From an uncultured Chloroflexia bacterium (GTDB lineage Bacteria; Chloroflexota; Limnocylindria; QHBO01): a DNA stretch of 64,000 nt. The DNA is taken from contig CAWIVT010000006.1 in the NCBI GenBank assembly GCA_963839635.1, positions 22,936-86,935 on the forward strand. Direction: 5' to 3'. The translations under genes and the position numbers were made by a program. The notes under the pieces were generated by a model. That model made no database searches, was not told the DNA's origin, and saw only the letters and a list, made by a program, of their open reading frames with translations. Below are positions 27,838-39,001 of this stretch, piece after piece (position 1 is the stretch's first letter; every line of letters begins with the position of its first letter).

Positions 27838-28142
27838 TCGGAGCTGGCCGGCTTCGTCGAGCCGGACGTATCGGGCTTCTTCTCCGCCTTCGTCGCTGGC
27901 TTGACGTGCCGTCGGATGCCGGTGCGGCCGGCTTCTCGGACCCGCTGTCAGGGCTCGAAGCGCTGGTGCGGGAATCGTTTCGGTAGAAGCCCGAACCCTT
28001 GAAGATGATCCCGGCTCGGAAAGAGGACCCGGCGCAGCTCGCCACCGCAGAGCTCGCAGGTGGTCGGACCGTCCTCCCTCATCGAGTGGATCACTTCGGT
28101 CACGTTGCCGCATGAGCGGCAGCGGTAGTCATAGGTCGGCAC
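27834..28142 (-). pseudogene. FmdB-family zinc-ribbon protein; about 2 frame changes
   Basis: Pieces: V/MPTYDYRCRSCGNVTEVIHSMREDGPTTCELCGGELRRV (ORF 27948..28391), then AGIIFKGSGFYRNDSR... (ORF 27773..28045), then the tail KPATKAEKKPDTSGSTKPASSD* in the third frame. Confidence 0.75.
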
Positions 28143-29435
28143 GGCGCGCGCATGATGGCATCGGTTCGGGGGCGGCGCAATTGCGCCGGACAGGCGGGGC
28201 GAGCTCGAGCGTGTTACGCGTGCGAGGTTCGGGTTCCGAAGCGCGTCCACCATTGCGAGCCACGGTGACCGCCGGCGAGGCATCTTCGGCGGCATTCGGC
28301 TGCGAGATGAGCCGAGCCACGCTGTGCAGATCGTCCGAGACCTTGTCTCGGGGAAACTTGGTGACGATCGGCGTTCCCTCGTTCGAGGCAATGACGGCCT
28401 TCGGTCCGCTGCTCACGATGGTCGCGGAGACGGGAAGGCCCAGCGAGGAGGCCATGTCCTCCAGCCTGATGCCGTGGTTCGCCCGGTTCACGATCACCTT
28501 GATGACGTTTCCGAGGCCCAGCTCGCGGGCCAGCTCGAGGAACTGGGCGCTGTTGCGGAGCGCGCCTACCTCAGGGGTGACCACGAGGAAGATCTCGTTC
28601 GAGACGGCGAGCATTGCCATGGTTCGGTCGTCGTAGCCCGGGTGGTTGTCGACGATCACGTAGGAGTGGTGGTTGCGTGCCCAGCGCAGGGCGGCCAGGA
28701 GGAGGTCGACGGTGACGCGCTCGGACTCGGCCGGATCGGTGCCCCAGGTCATGACCCGGACGCCGCTCGCGGGGTGTGTGCTGACGACCTGCTCGAAGGC
28801 AGCGTCGGTCCATTCCTCGGGCGGGCTGTCGGCCAGGTCGGCAAGGCCCATGCGGTACGGCACATCGAGCACGGAGGTCACGTTTCCGACGCCGACGTCG
28901 GCGTCGAAGAGAAGGACCTCGGCGCGGGTCTGCTGGCGCAGGGCGACGGCCATGTTCACGGCACCGTCGTCTTGCCGACGCCGCCCTTCGGGGCGAAGAC
29001 GCTGACCACGTGGCCCTCGCCGGCGACCGGGTGCCGAGCGGACAGGCTCTCGGATGAGGCCCATGCGCCGGACTCTGTCGGGCAGGGCGCGGCCGGTGCG
29101 GATCAGGAGGGCCTGGAGGCGGATAGACGAGCGCGTCGGCGGGCATCGGCTTGAGGGCAAGCGTCGTCCGAGCTGGCGCCGATGCCGAGCGGAAGATCAT
29201 TGCCGACGCCGATCAGCAGCAGGGCCGGAATCCCGGCGGCGTGCAGGGCCGCGTACAGCGCGGTGCCGGATCGTCGCCGCAGGTCGCAGTCGATGCACGG
29301 CAAGGTCGAATTCACCGCGCGGCGTACCGCCGCCATCGAAGGTCGTGACAGGCTCGAACCCGGCTCGCGGTGAGCGCTTCCAGGTAGGTATCGGACTCGC
29401 GCTTCGATGGCGAGCAGGATGGTGGGTCGCTCCAT
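28129..29435 (-). pseudogene. receiver-like domain fused to a MinD/CpaE-like ATPase; at least 5 frame changes
   Basis: ATG 29435 is preceded by AAGGAAGG. The N-terminus, reconstructed over three frames, is MERPTILLAIEA/SESDTYLEALTAS/GFEPVTTFDGGGTPRGEFDLAV/IDCDLRRRSGTALYAALHAAGIPALLLIG. Walker A GHVVSVFAPKGGVGKTT is in a third frame. The ATPase body in ORF 28129..29160 reads LLFDADVGVGNV...VIVDNHPGYDD...FLVVTPEVGALRNS. Confidence 0.75.
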
Positions 29436-29567
29436 TGCCCTTCCTTACGCGGTGGAGTTCGGTCCGGATCGGTCCGGTGACGGACTGGCACCAGTCCTCC
29501 GGCGATGCAGGACCGCGGGCAATGGGACTCGGGCGCGCTCGGGGCCTACCCCGAAAGTACGGCCGGG

Positions 29568-30305
29568 TCAGGCCCCGCGAGCCATCCGCATGCCGCATTT
29601 CGGACAATAGAACGCGCTGGCGCTGCCCGCCTCGAACCCGCAGTGGGCGCAGGCCAGGCCGGAACGTCCGCCGATCGCCGGAAGTCGCGCCTGCTCGGCC
29701 TCTCCGAGGCTGTAGCCGGAAGCGACCACCTGCTGGTAGAGCGAGCTGAGCAGCTTCTGGCCGATGCGCTCGGTGTCGCCGCGCAGGCCCTTGCCGCCCC
29801 AGCCGATCACGGCGCGCACGATGAGCTCGCCCGACAGCTCGTCCCAGTGCGTCGCGAGGCCGCCGACGATGGCGTTGTACTCGGGGTAGCCGCTCGTGTC
29901 GGTGTCGCCGTGGAGCAGCCCGCAGTAGAACGTGTCGACCGTCATGTCGAGGGCGTCGGTCATCTCGAGCACGTAGAGGCCGTGCCGCCCGATCGGGCTG
30001 ACCTCGCGGCGCGCCAGGACCCACTGCTGCACCTCGTTGAAGCGCTCGATGGCCGGGCGAGGCGTCCGAGTACTCGAGCGGCAGCGGCTCGACCGTCTCG
30101 ACGGGCGTCTGGCTGAGCGGCTCGACGATGCCGGGGATGGCGGCAGCGCCGTTGCCGGATCGGCGCGCAGGCGCAGGCCATCGCTGCTGCGGGCGACGAA
30201 CGAGATGGCGAAGCCGAGTACTCCTGCGCGCGTCACCTCTTCCTGCATCGGCGTCGGCGGCGGTGGCGGCGCGGCGTCCTGCTTCTTGCGCCTGAGGAAC
30301 GACAT
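29568..30305 (-). CDS. hypothetical protein with a C-terminal zinc ribbon (probable paired indels around 30050-30160)
   Basis: ORF 29568..30305(-): MSFLRRKKQDAAPPPPP...HGLYVLEMTDALDMTVDTFYCGLLHGD...CAHCGFEAGSASAFYCPKCGMRM. The low-complexity stretch [17 protein letters not shown] reads better in another frame (IPGIVEPLSQTPVETVEPLPLEYSD). Confidence 0.5.
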   Translation of the reverse strand: MSFLRRKKQDAAPPPPPTPMQEEVTRAGVLGFAISFVARSSDGLRLRADPATALPPSPASSSRSARRPSRRSSRCRSSTRTPRPAIERFNEVQQWVLARREVSPIGRHGLYVLEMTDALDMTVDTFYCGLLHGDTDTSGYPEYNAIVGGLATHWDELSGELIVRAVIGWGGKGLRGDTERIGQKLLSSLYQQVVASGYSLGEAEQARLPAIGGRSGLACAHCGFEAGSASAFYCPKCGMRMARGA

Positions 30306-30344
30306 GTTGGTTCGAGAGGACCCCTGTTCTGGCGGCGCGGGCCG

Positions 30345-30353
30345 ATTCTACCA
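30345..30353 (-). promoter_or_regulatory. extended -10 element TGgTAGAAT just downstream of (or overlapping) the valS end
   Basis: Minus-sense ggcTGGTAGAATcgg, about 40 nt upstream of the ATG at 30305. Confidence 0.45.
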
Positions 30354-30388
30354 GCCGACCACGCGGCGGCTCGCCATGGCCCGATCGG

Positions 30389-33095
30389 CTAGTCGCCGGC
30401 CCAGCTGCAGCCGCTGCTCGCGAGCAGGTCGGCGAGGCGCTCGCTCGCTCGCGCTCGACGACCGCCTCGGGCGCCTTCGCCGATGAACGCGCTCGTTGGC
30501 CAGTAGCGCTCGAGCCGCACGATGTACGCGTCGAGCTCGGCGAGCTGCGCCGCGCGTCGGCCCTCCCCAGCCGCTTCGCCCGCCGCGGCGTCCGGCCCAG
30601 CCAGGCCGCGCCGAGGCGGGCCGGCGGCGACCAGCGCCGGGCGCTCGCCGTCGGCGCGCGAGGTCGATCGGTCGCACGCGGGCCAGAGCCTCGAGGTACG
30701 CGGCTCCGGTCGCGAGCGCAGCGTCTCGGCGGCGCCGTCGTTCGCCGGCTCGACGACGAGCGGAATCCAGGCGCCGGCCGGGGTCGCCGGCCTCGGTGCG
30801 CAGGTTGCGCACGCCGCGGACGAGGGCGGCGAGGTCGTCGAAGGCGGACTCGGCATCCTCGTCCGCGCATCCGGGTCGCGGCCAGCGCGCGCGTGATCGA
30901 GCAGCGGCTCGCCGGCGGCACGCTCGGCGCGGCGTCGCGCGAGCGCCTGCCAGATCTCCTCGGTGACGAACGGCATGAGCGGATGGAGGAGGCGCAGGAG
31001 CGTGGCGAGCCCCTCGGCCGCCGCCAGCCCAGGTCGCGGCGCGATCATCGGCGTCCGCGTCGTCCCTGCGACGCAGGTCGACCTTCGCCATCTCGAGGAA
31101 CCAGTCGCAGTAGTCGCTCCAGGCGACCTCGTACACCGTGGCCGCGTAGCCGCCCAGGTCGAGCGCGTCGAGCTGCCGCGTGGCGCGCTCGGTCGCTTCG
31201 GCCAGGCGCGAGCGGATCCAGCGCACGGCCAGCGACGGCTCGGCCGCGCCCGCCTCGCCACCGTCGGCCGGCGGCTGCCGAGGACGAAGCGGGCGGCGTT
31301 CCACAGCTTGTTGGTGAAGTTACGCCCGCCGTCGAGCTTCGCCTGCGTCAGGCGCTGGTCGCTGCCGGGGGCGGAGCCGGTGACCAGCGCGAAGCGCAGC
31401 GCATCGGCGCCGATCTCGTCGACGAGCTCGAGCGGGTCGACCGTGTTGCCCTTCGTCTTGCTCATCTTCACGCCGCCCTCGGCGCGGATCATGCCGTGCA
31501 GGTAGACGGTGTGGAACGGCTCGACGTCGGTGCAGAAGAGGCCGAGCATCATCATCCGCGCGACCCAGAAGAAGAGGATGTCGTAGCCGGTCTCCATGAC
31601 GCTGGTCGGGTAGAAGCGCGCCATGTCGGGCGTCTCGTCGGGCCAGCCGAGCGTGCTGAACGGCCAGAGGCCGGAGCTGAACCAGGTGTCGAAGATGTCC
31701 GTCTCCTGGGTCAGCTCGGATGCCGGTCGGCCGCAGTCGGCGCACGCGCTCAGGCCCGTCCTCGGCATCGGTCACGGTGATGTGGCCGTCCGGGCAGAAC
31801 CAGGCCGGGATGCGGTGGCCCCACCACAGCTGGCGGCCGACCGCCCAGTCGTGGATGTTCTCCATCCAGTGGGCATAGACCTTCTCGAAGTGGCGCCGGC
31901 AGGATCCGCGTGCGGCCTTCCCGGACCGATGCCAGCGCCCGCTCGGCCAGCGGCGCGACGCGGATGAACCACTGGACCGACTGAGCCGCGGCTCGACGAC
32001 CGTCCCGCAGCGATCGCAGTGCCCGACGACCATCTCGTGCGGACGCTCGTCCTCGAGGTCGCCGCTCTCGCGGCAGCCGGTCGAGGATCGCCTCGCGGGC
32101 CTCGTATCGGTCACGGCCGACGAACTCGCCGCCCTCGGCGTTGATCCGCGCCTCCTCGTCCAGGACGGTGATCGCCGGCAGCCCGTGGCGCTTGCGCGAT
32201 CTCGTAGTCGTCAGGAGTCGTGGGCCGGCGTGATCTTGACCGCGCCCGTCCCGAAGGTCGCGCTCGACGTGCTCGTCGGCAACGATCGGCAGGCGGCGCC
32301 CGAGGAACGGGAGGATCGCGTGCCGACCGACGAGGCGCGCGGTACCGATCATCGTCGGGGTGGACGGCGACTGCCGTGTCGCCGAGGAGCGTCTCCGGGC
32401 GAGTGGTGGCCACGCTGATCCAGGCGTCCGGGATCGGGCGTGCCGTCATCGCGCTCGAGGTGGTAGCGGATCGTCCACAGCGTGCCCGGTCTCGTCGCGG
32501 TGGACGTTCTCGAGGTCGCTGATCGTCGTCAGGCAGCGCGGGCACCAGTTCACCAGCGCCTCGCCGCGGTAGACGAGCCCCGCGTCCCACAGGCGCTTGA
32601 AGGCGACGCGCACTGCCCGGGCGGTGCCCTCGTCCATGGTGAAGCGCTCGCGGCTCCAGTCGGCCGACTGCGCCGAGGCGGCGGTGCTGCGTGCCGATGA
32701 CGTCGCGCGTCTCGTCCATGAACTCCCACATGCGCTCCAGGTAGCGCTCGCGACCGAGCGAGGCCCGGGTCTCCCCTCCTCGGCGATGATCCTGTCGAGC
32801 ACGAACTGGGCGCCGATGCTGGCGTGATCGACGCCCGGCAGCCAGAGCGTATCGTCGCCGCGCATCCGGTGGTAGCGGACGAGTGACGTCCTCCACCGTG
32901 GCCGTCAGCGCGTGGCCGATGTGCAGCGCACCGGTCACGTTCGGCGGCGGCTGGATGATCGACGAAGCGCTCGGCGCCGGGCGGCGTCTCGTCGGCGGGC
33001 CGGAATGCGTCGGCGGCCAGCCAGCGCTCGTAGATCGCCGGCTCGACGGCCGCGGCGTCGTAGCGCGGGGCGAGCTCGCGTCGCGTCGTCGTCAT
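30389..33095 (-). pseudogene. valS: valyl-tRNA synthetase; at least 10 frame changes
   Basis: Pieces: MTTTRRELAPRYDAAAVEPAIYERWL (ATG 33095 after GGAGG), HIGH motif [49 protein letters not shown] motif [14 protein letters not shown] and a coiled-coil tail. The pieces are scattered over ORFs 32550..33233, 32111..32938, 32446..32865, 31750..32352, 31320..32114, 30389..31768 and 30348..31304. The end may be 30348 or 30389. Confidence 0.9.
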
Positions 33096-33104
33096 CGGTT
33101 CCGC

Positions 33105-33340
33105 CTCCTCTGCCGGCACACACAAAAACCCGTTCGTCGAAGGACGAACGGGTCGTGGTACCACCTTCGTTCGCGGCGCCGGGTGTGAGCCTGGCAGCCG
33201 CCTCGTGTACCGCGCTATCGGGCGGACCCGCACGGCTCGCGTGCGACCTTCGCCCTCTCGCTCCGCGACGGGCTTTCAGCCGGGTGGCCCGTCTCTCTGG
33301 TGCGGCCGGTGGAGGGGTACTCCTCACGGTCGTTGCCGAG
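33105..33340 (-). promoter_or_regulatory. T-box riboswitch leader of valS, specifier GUC (Val)
   Basis: Minus-sense, in canonical order: AGUA, the AGAGAG bulge (33293-33298), the helix GACGGGC/GCCCGUC with distal loop CACCCGGCUGAAA, GAA-G-GUC-G (GUC at 33245-33247), the T-box sequence GAAGGUGGUACCACG, then the terminator. Confidence 0.85.
33121..33153 (-). terminator. intrinsic terminator of the T-box leader
   Basis: Minus-sense ACCCGUUCGUC-cuuc-GACGAACGGGU followed by UUUUUGUGUG. The 5' half overlaps the T-box antiterminator region. Confidence 0.8.
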
Positions 33341-33346
33341 GATCCG

Positions 33347-33355
33347 AGTCTAGCA
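33347..33355 (-). promoter_or_regulatory. extended -10 element TGcTAGACT, the likely promoter of the T-box/valS transcript
   Basis: Minus-sense cccgggTGCTAGACTcgg, directly upstream of the leader structure. Confidence 0.45.
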
Positions 33356-33386
33356 CCCGGGTCTTCCAAGCGGGATGGACGCGAGG

Positions 33387-34664
33387 TCAGCGGGCGCGGT
33401 CGAGGGTGGCGCGCAGGCCACCCTCGGGGCGCTCCTCGATGGCCGCCGAGTCTCCCTCCAGCCCCTTGATCGCAGCCGCGACGTCGAAGCCGACGGCGTG
33501 GATCGCGCGGAACACGAACTCGCCGGTCTGGCCCAGGCTCAGGCTCACGCCGTCGATCCCGTCGACGGAAGCGAGCGACTGGCGGAAGCCGGTGATCGCA
33601 CCGAAGCTGCCGAGGCCCTTCACGAGCACCTCGGTGGCGGTCGACTCCACGCGCGGTGCGTCGGAACCAGCGGCCTCACCCGCCGAGCCGGCGTCCAGGG
33701 TGGCGTCGAGCTCGGCCAGTCGGGCCGTCAGGACCTCTTCCTCGGCGGGATGGATCTCAGGCTCAGGTGCGACCTCGTCCGCAGTCTCGACGGTTTCCTC
33801 GGCTGCCGGCTGAGGTGCTGCCTCGGACTCGACTTCGGCTACGGCTACGACGTCGGCGACGGCCGGCGCGTCGGCAGGGGCTGGAACGCCCGCGAGGCGC
33901 GGCGGCGACGGCATGCTCTTGGCGGCTGAGGCGAATGCCGCGGGATCCGCGATGTCGCTCAGCTGCGCGTGGTAGGCATCCAGCTCCGCCTCGTATGCGG
34001 CAACGCGGTCGCGCAGGGCCTGGGCCTCGCCCTGGGCACGGGTCGTCTCTGCTGCGAGCTGCTGGTCGAGCTGGGCACGGCGGCCGACGACGCGCTGCTC
34101 CGCCTCACGCTTGATTCGGTCCTCCTCGGAGCTCGCCCATGCGGCGACTCCGGCAATGTCCGCCTCGGCGCGCGACCGGAGCTCCTCGCGGAGTCGCTCG
34201 CTGTCCGCCTCGAGCTTCTGGACCTGCTCCTCGGACTTGGCGCGGAGGTCGGCCAGGCCGGCCTGGCGCGTCTCCTCGGCAACCCGTCGCATGGCGGCCA
34301 CCAGGTCGCGCATGAAGCCGGCCGACGTCTCGGTCGACGGCGGCGCGACGTCGGCGACGGCCGCGGGACGGGCGTCGGTGGGTGCCTCGGGCATTTCAGG
34401 ACTGGGCGATGGCGTTGGTGTGGGCATGTCCGTATCCGTGGGCGTGGGGGAAGATGACGACGAGGTGGTGGCCGGGGCCTCGAGCTCCGAGTCCTCCGAG
34501 CCTGCGGCGACATCGGCGGGGGCGGCCTCTGCTGTGGCGTCGGTGTCAGCCTCGGGCGGCGAGCCGCCGTTCGCATTCGCCTGGGATGCTGCCGCCTGCG
34601 CCGCGGCCTCATCGTCCGAGGACCATGGCAGGCGGAACCCGGGGCGTCGCTGGTTCGAGGTCAT
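33387..34664 (-). CDS. coiled-coil protein with an acidic/Pro-Thr-rich N-terminus and a small globular C-terminal domain, function unknown
   Basis: Intact ORF with AAGGAG 7 nt before the ATG. The central region has heptad-like repeats (LRAKSEEQVQKLEADSERLREELRSRAEADIAG...). C-terminus: TEVLVKGLGSFGAITGFRQSLASVDGIDGVSLSLGQTGEFVFRAIH. Confidence 0.6.
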   Translation of the reverse strand: MTSNQRRPGFRLPWSSDDEAAAQAAASQANANGGSPPEADTDATAEAAPADVAAGSEDSELEAPATTSSSSSPTPTDTDMPTPTPSPSPEMPEAPTDARPAAVADVAPPSTETSAGFMRDLVAAMRRVAEETRQAGLADLRAKSEEQVQKLEADSERLREELRSRAEADIAGVAAWASSEEDRIKREAEQRVVGRRAQLDQQLAAETTRAQGEAQALRDRVAAYEAELDAYHAQLSDIADPAAFASAAKSMPSPPRLAGVPAPADAPAVADVVAVAEVESEAAPQPAAEETVETADEVAPEPEIHPAEEEVLTARLAELDATLDAGSAGEAAGSDAPRVESTATEVLVKGLGSFGAITGFRQSLASVDGIDGVSLSLGQTGEFVFRAIHAVGFDVAAAIKGLEGDSAAIEERPEGGLRATLDRAR

Positions 34665-34821
34665 CCGGTTGCTCCTTGCGCCTGTGTCGGCACGCGCCGT
34701 GGGTCAGTGCCGCCGAAAGTGGTGCGGCCGGTCCACATCCTAGCGTCAGGATGCCCCTGAACCGCAGCCCCCGGAAGTACTGCCGCCCGACGGACCACGG
34801 TACCCGTCGGGTGTCGCTACC

Positions 34822-35438
34822 ATGCCGGCCATGCCCGAGCTGCCGGACCTCCCCGTGTCGGTCGAGATCACGCTCCAGATCGTGCTCATCGCGGTCGCGG
34901 CGCTCGTCGGCTTCCTCGTCCTGCGCGCAGCGGTCGGGATCAGCGTCCGGCATCTCCTCGAACGGCGCAGGGCGGAAGCGGCTGCCGGCGTGCTCCCCCA
35001 GGCCGAGCTCGAGCGACGCGTGCACACCATCGGCAGTCTCGTGGTCCGCATGGCGGGCTCGCGTGATCGCGATCATCGCCGTCCTCATGGCGCTCGGACC
35101 TGTTCGGCATCGACATCGGTCCTGCCGTGGCCGGCCTCGGCGTGGTCGGGATCGCGGTCGGATTCGGTGCTCAGACCCTGGTGCGCGACTGGCTGGCCGG
35201 CATCTTCGTGGTGCTCGAGAACCAGTACAGCGCGGGGGACGTGGTTCGCATCGCCGGCGTCGAGGGCGTGGTCGAGGACTTCAGCCTGCGCCGCACGATG
35301 CTGCGCGACGCCGACGGCACGATGCACTCGGTCCCGAACGGGCAGATCATCGTCGCCTCGAACCTGAGCCGAGGCGGGCCGGGTGGCGATCCGGACGGGG
35401 TGGCCGCCGGCCGCGAGGACGAAGAAGCTGAGCGCTGA
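34822..35438 (+). pseudogene. MscS-family mechanosensitive channel (short); about 2 frame changes
   Basis: Pieces: N-terminal TM ITLQIVLIAVAALVGFLVL (ORF 34822..35367), VIAIIAVLMAL (ORF 34382..35431 frame), and the conserved core GLGVVGIAVGFGAQTLVRDWLAGIFVVLENQYSAGDVVRIAGVEGVVEDFSLRRTMLRDADGTMHSVPNG (ORF 35127..35438). Confidence 0.7.
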
Positions 35439-35444
35439 GCCGGC

Positions 35445-36759
<1,315 letters not shown>

Positions 36760-36768
36760 CGGACCGGC

Positions 36769-36777
36769 AGGATAGCA
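36769..36777 (-). promoter_or_regulatory. extended -10 element TGcTATCCT, 9 nt before the clpX ATG
   Basis: Minus-sense ccgTGCTATCCTgccggtccgATG with no Shine-Dalgarno sequence. Confidence 0.4.
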
Positions 36778-36824
36778 CGGGGCTGCGAGCATCCCGCATC
36801 CCCCATTGGTCGTAGGATGCACCG

Positions 36825-37316
36825 ATGTCGCCGCTGCGCTTCGCGCGCGTCGAGACGTCTCTCGGACCGATGCTGCTGGCGGAGACCGATCGCGGCGTCG
36901 CGGCCGTCAGCCGGGCCGAGTCGCTCGAAGCCTTCCTCCAGCCCCTCCGGCGTCGCTTCGCCGATGCCGACCCCGAACCGGCCGACCTGGATGCCGGCTG
37001 GATCGATGATGCGCTGGCCGGGGCAGAGCTGCCGGCGGTCGATCTTCGGGGGTTGTCGGCGTTCGACGTCGGCGTCTACGAGACGGTGCGGACCGTTCCG
37101 CCGGGTCAGACGGTGACGTACGGCGAGATCGCGGCGCTGATCGGCTCACCGGGTGCCGCACGAGCCGTCGGCGGGGCGATGTCGCGCTGCCCGCTCTTCC
37201 CGGCCGTGCCCTGCCATCGAGTCGTCAGGGCCTCGGACGGCTGGTCGGGCTGGGGCGGCGACGATCGGCTCAAACGGCGGCTGCTCGCACGCGAGGGAGC
37301 GGCTCGGTCCCCTTGA
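36825..37316 (+). CDS. ogt: methylated-DNA--protein-cysteine methyltransferase
   Basis: Pieces: [28 protein letters not shown]...[21 protein letters not shown] (PCHR active site). TAGGAT lies 6 nt upstream of the ATG. Confidence 0.85.
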   Translation: MSPLRFARVETSLGPMLLAETDRGVAAVSRAESLEAFLQPLRRRFADADPEPADLDAGWIDDALAGAELPAVDLRGLSAFDVGVYETVRTVPPGQTVTYGEIAALIGSPGAARAVGGAMSRCPLFPAVPCHRVVRASDGWSGWGGDDRLKRRLLAREGAARSP

Positions 37317-38326
37317 CCGGTCGCTACGATGCCGACGTGAATGGCCCTCGGGGATCCGTCGACCGGCTGCCGAGCGCCACTCCGTCGCCCGAGCCGGTGA
37401 AGCTCGTCATCGACACCGACGTCGCGCCGGACGACCTCGTGGCCATCGCGTTCCTGGTCGCGTCGCCATCCGTCGAAATCGTCGCGATCACGGTCACGGG
37501 TGCCGGCGAGGTGCGGTGCGCGCCGGGCCTGCGCATCGTCCACGGCCTCCTCGACCGGCTCGGCGCACCGGACATCCCCGTGGCATGCGGCCCCGAGGCG
37601 CCGACGGCCGGCGATCGCACGTTCCCGCCCGCGTTCCGAGAACGCGCGGAGCGTGCAGGAGGCCTTGACCTTCCCGAGTCGACCCGAGCGCCGGTCGGCG
37701 ACGCGGTGGCACTTCTCGCCGACGTCTTCGCGGAGGATGTCGGGATTCGGCTCCTGGCGCTGGGGCCGCTCACGAACGTCGCGACGGCGCTCGACCTCGA
37801 TCCGTCGCTCGCGTCGCGGATCGAATCGATCTGGATCATGGGTGGCGCCGTGGACGTACCCGGCAACGTGGCCGGCTCGCCCGACGTCGAGTCCGACAAC
37901 GCCGCGGCGGAGTGGAACATCTACGTCGACCCGGCCGCGCTCGCGACGGTCGTGGCCGCCGGCGCCCCGGTCCGCCTCATCAGTCTCGACGGGACGAACC
38001 AGGTGCCGGTGCGGGCGGAGTTCGCGAGCCGGGTGGTCGCCGCGCGTGGGGCATCCGCGGCGCTCGACGTCGTGGCCGAGCTCTTCGACAGGGACGACTA
38101 CATGACGATGGGCGACTACTACCTGTGGGACGCGCTCGCCGCGATCTTCGCGGCCGGCCACGAGCCGGGCACCTTTACCGACGCGCGTATCGAGGTCGAC
38201 ACGCGCGAGGGCCCGACCAGCGGCGCCACCCGTCGTGTCGACGGCGCGCCGAACGCCAGCTACCTGACCGGGGTCGACCCGGACGCCGCGGAGGCAATCC
38301 TGCTCGGGACGCTCGCGGGAAGCTGA
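37313..38326 (+). CDS. nucleoside hydrolase (inosine/uridine-preferring family)
   Basis: Pieces: KLVIDTDVAPDDLVAIAFLV (DxDxxxDD), IWIMGGAVDVPGN, AEWNIYVDP and YYLWDALAA. The start may be TTG 37313 or an internal GTG near 37397. Confidence 0.85.
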   Translation: MTGRYDADVNGPRGSVDRLPSATPSPEPVKLVIDTDVAPDDLVAIAFLVASPSVEIVAITVTGAGEVRCAPGLRIVHGLLDRLGAPDIPVACGPEAPTAGDRTFPPAFRERAERAGGLDLPESTRAPVGDAVALLADVFAEDVGIRLLALGPLTNVATALDLDPSLASRIESIWIMGGAVDVPGNVAGSPDVESDNAAAEWNIYVDPAALATVVAAGAPVRLISLDGTNQVPVRAEFASRVVAARGASAALDVVAELFDRDDYMTMGDYYLWDALAAIFAAGHEPGTFTDARIEVDTREGPTSGATRRVDGAPNASYLTGVDPDAAEAILLGTLAGS

Positions 38327-38332
38327 ATCCGC

Positions 38333-38998
38333 CTACTTCTTGGCCTTGTCGGCCTCGGCTGCCTCGTCGGCCGTCGGGACGGTCCCGCCCGCCGCCTGGG
38401 TCATGCTGATGAGCGACTCGGTGTTGCCGTGGAAGACCTCGTCGATGAGGCCGTATGCCTTCGCCTCGTCGGGGCTCATGAAATAGTCGCGGTCGGAGTC
38501 GCTCTTGACCTTCTCGACCGTCTGCCCCGTGTGCTCGGCCAGGATCTCGAGCAGTCGGTTGACGAGGTGGAGGTTCTCCCGCATCTGGATCTCGACGTCG
38601 GGGGTGTTGCCGCGGAAGCCCGACGAGCCCTGGTGGATCATGATCCGGCTGTTCGGCAGCGCGTAGCGCTTGCCGGTGGCGCCGGCGGCCAGCAGCACGG
38701 CGCCCATGGATGCCGCCTGGCCGATGCAGATGGTGCTCACCGGCGCGCGGAGGTACTGCATCGTGTCGTAGATTGCGAGCCCGCTCGTCACCACGCCGCC
38801 CGGCGAGTTGATGTAGAGCTGGATGTCCTTCTCCGGGTCCTCCGACTCGAGGAAGAGGAGCTGGGCGATGATCAGGTTGGCGACGTTGTCTTCGACCGCA
38901 TCACCAAGGAAGATGATGCGGTCCTTGAGAAGGCGGCTGTAGATGTCGAACGCGCGCTCGCCGCGGGCGCTCGACTCGATGACCATCGGGACGAGCAT
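38333..38998 (-). CDS. clpP: ATP-dependent Clp protease proteolytic subunit
   Basis: Pieces: [46 protein letters not shown] (catalytic Ser) and RIMIHQ. Confidence 0.95.
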   Translation of the reverse strand: MLVPMVIESSARGERAFDIYSRLLKDRIIFLGDAVEDNVANLIIAQLLFLESEDPEKDIQLYINSPGGVVTSGLAIYDTMQYLRAPVSTICIGQAASMGAVLLAAGATGKRYALPNSRIMIHQGSSGFRGNTPDVEIQMRENLHLVNRLLEILAEHTGQTVEKVKSDSDRDYFMSPDEAKAYGLIDEVFHGNTESLISMTQAAGGTVPTADEAAEADKAKK

Positions 38999-39001
38999 CG
39001 G

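Noticed and set aside
29541-29576. The hairpin GGGGCCU...AGGCCCC spanning the stop codon of 29568..30305, considered as an intrinsic terminator.
   Set aside because: No U-tract follows it. The downstream ATPase gene has its own strong ribosome-binding site only about 130 nt away and is probably co-transcribed.
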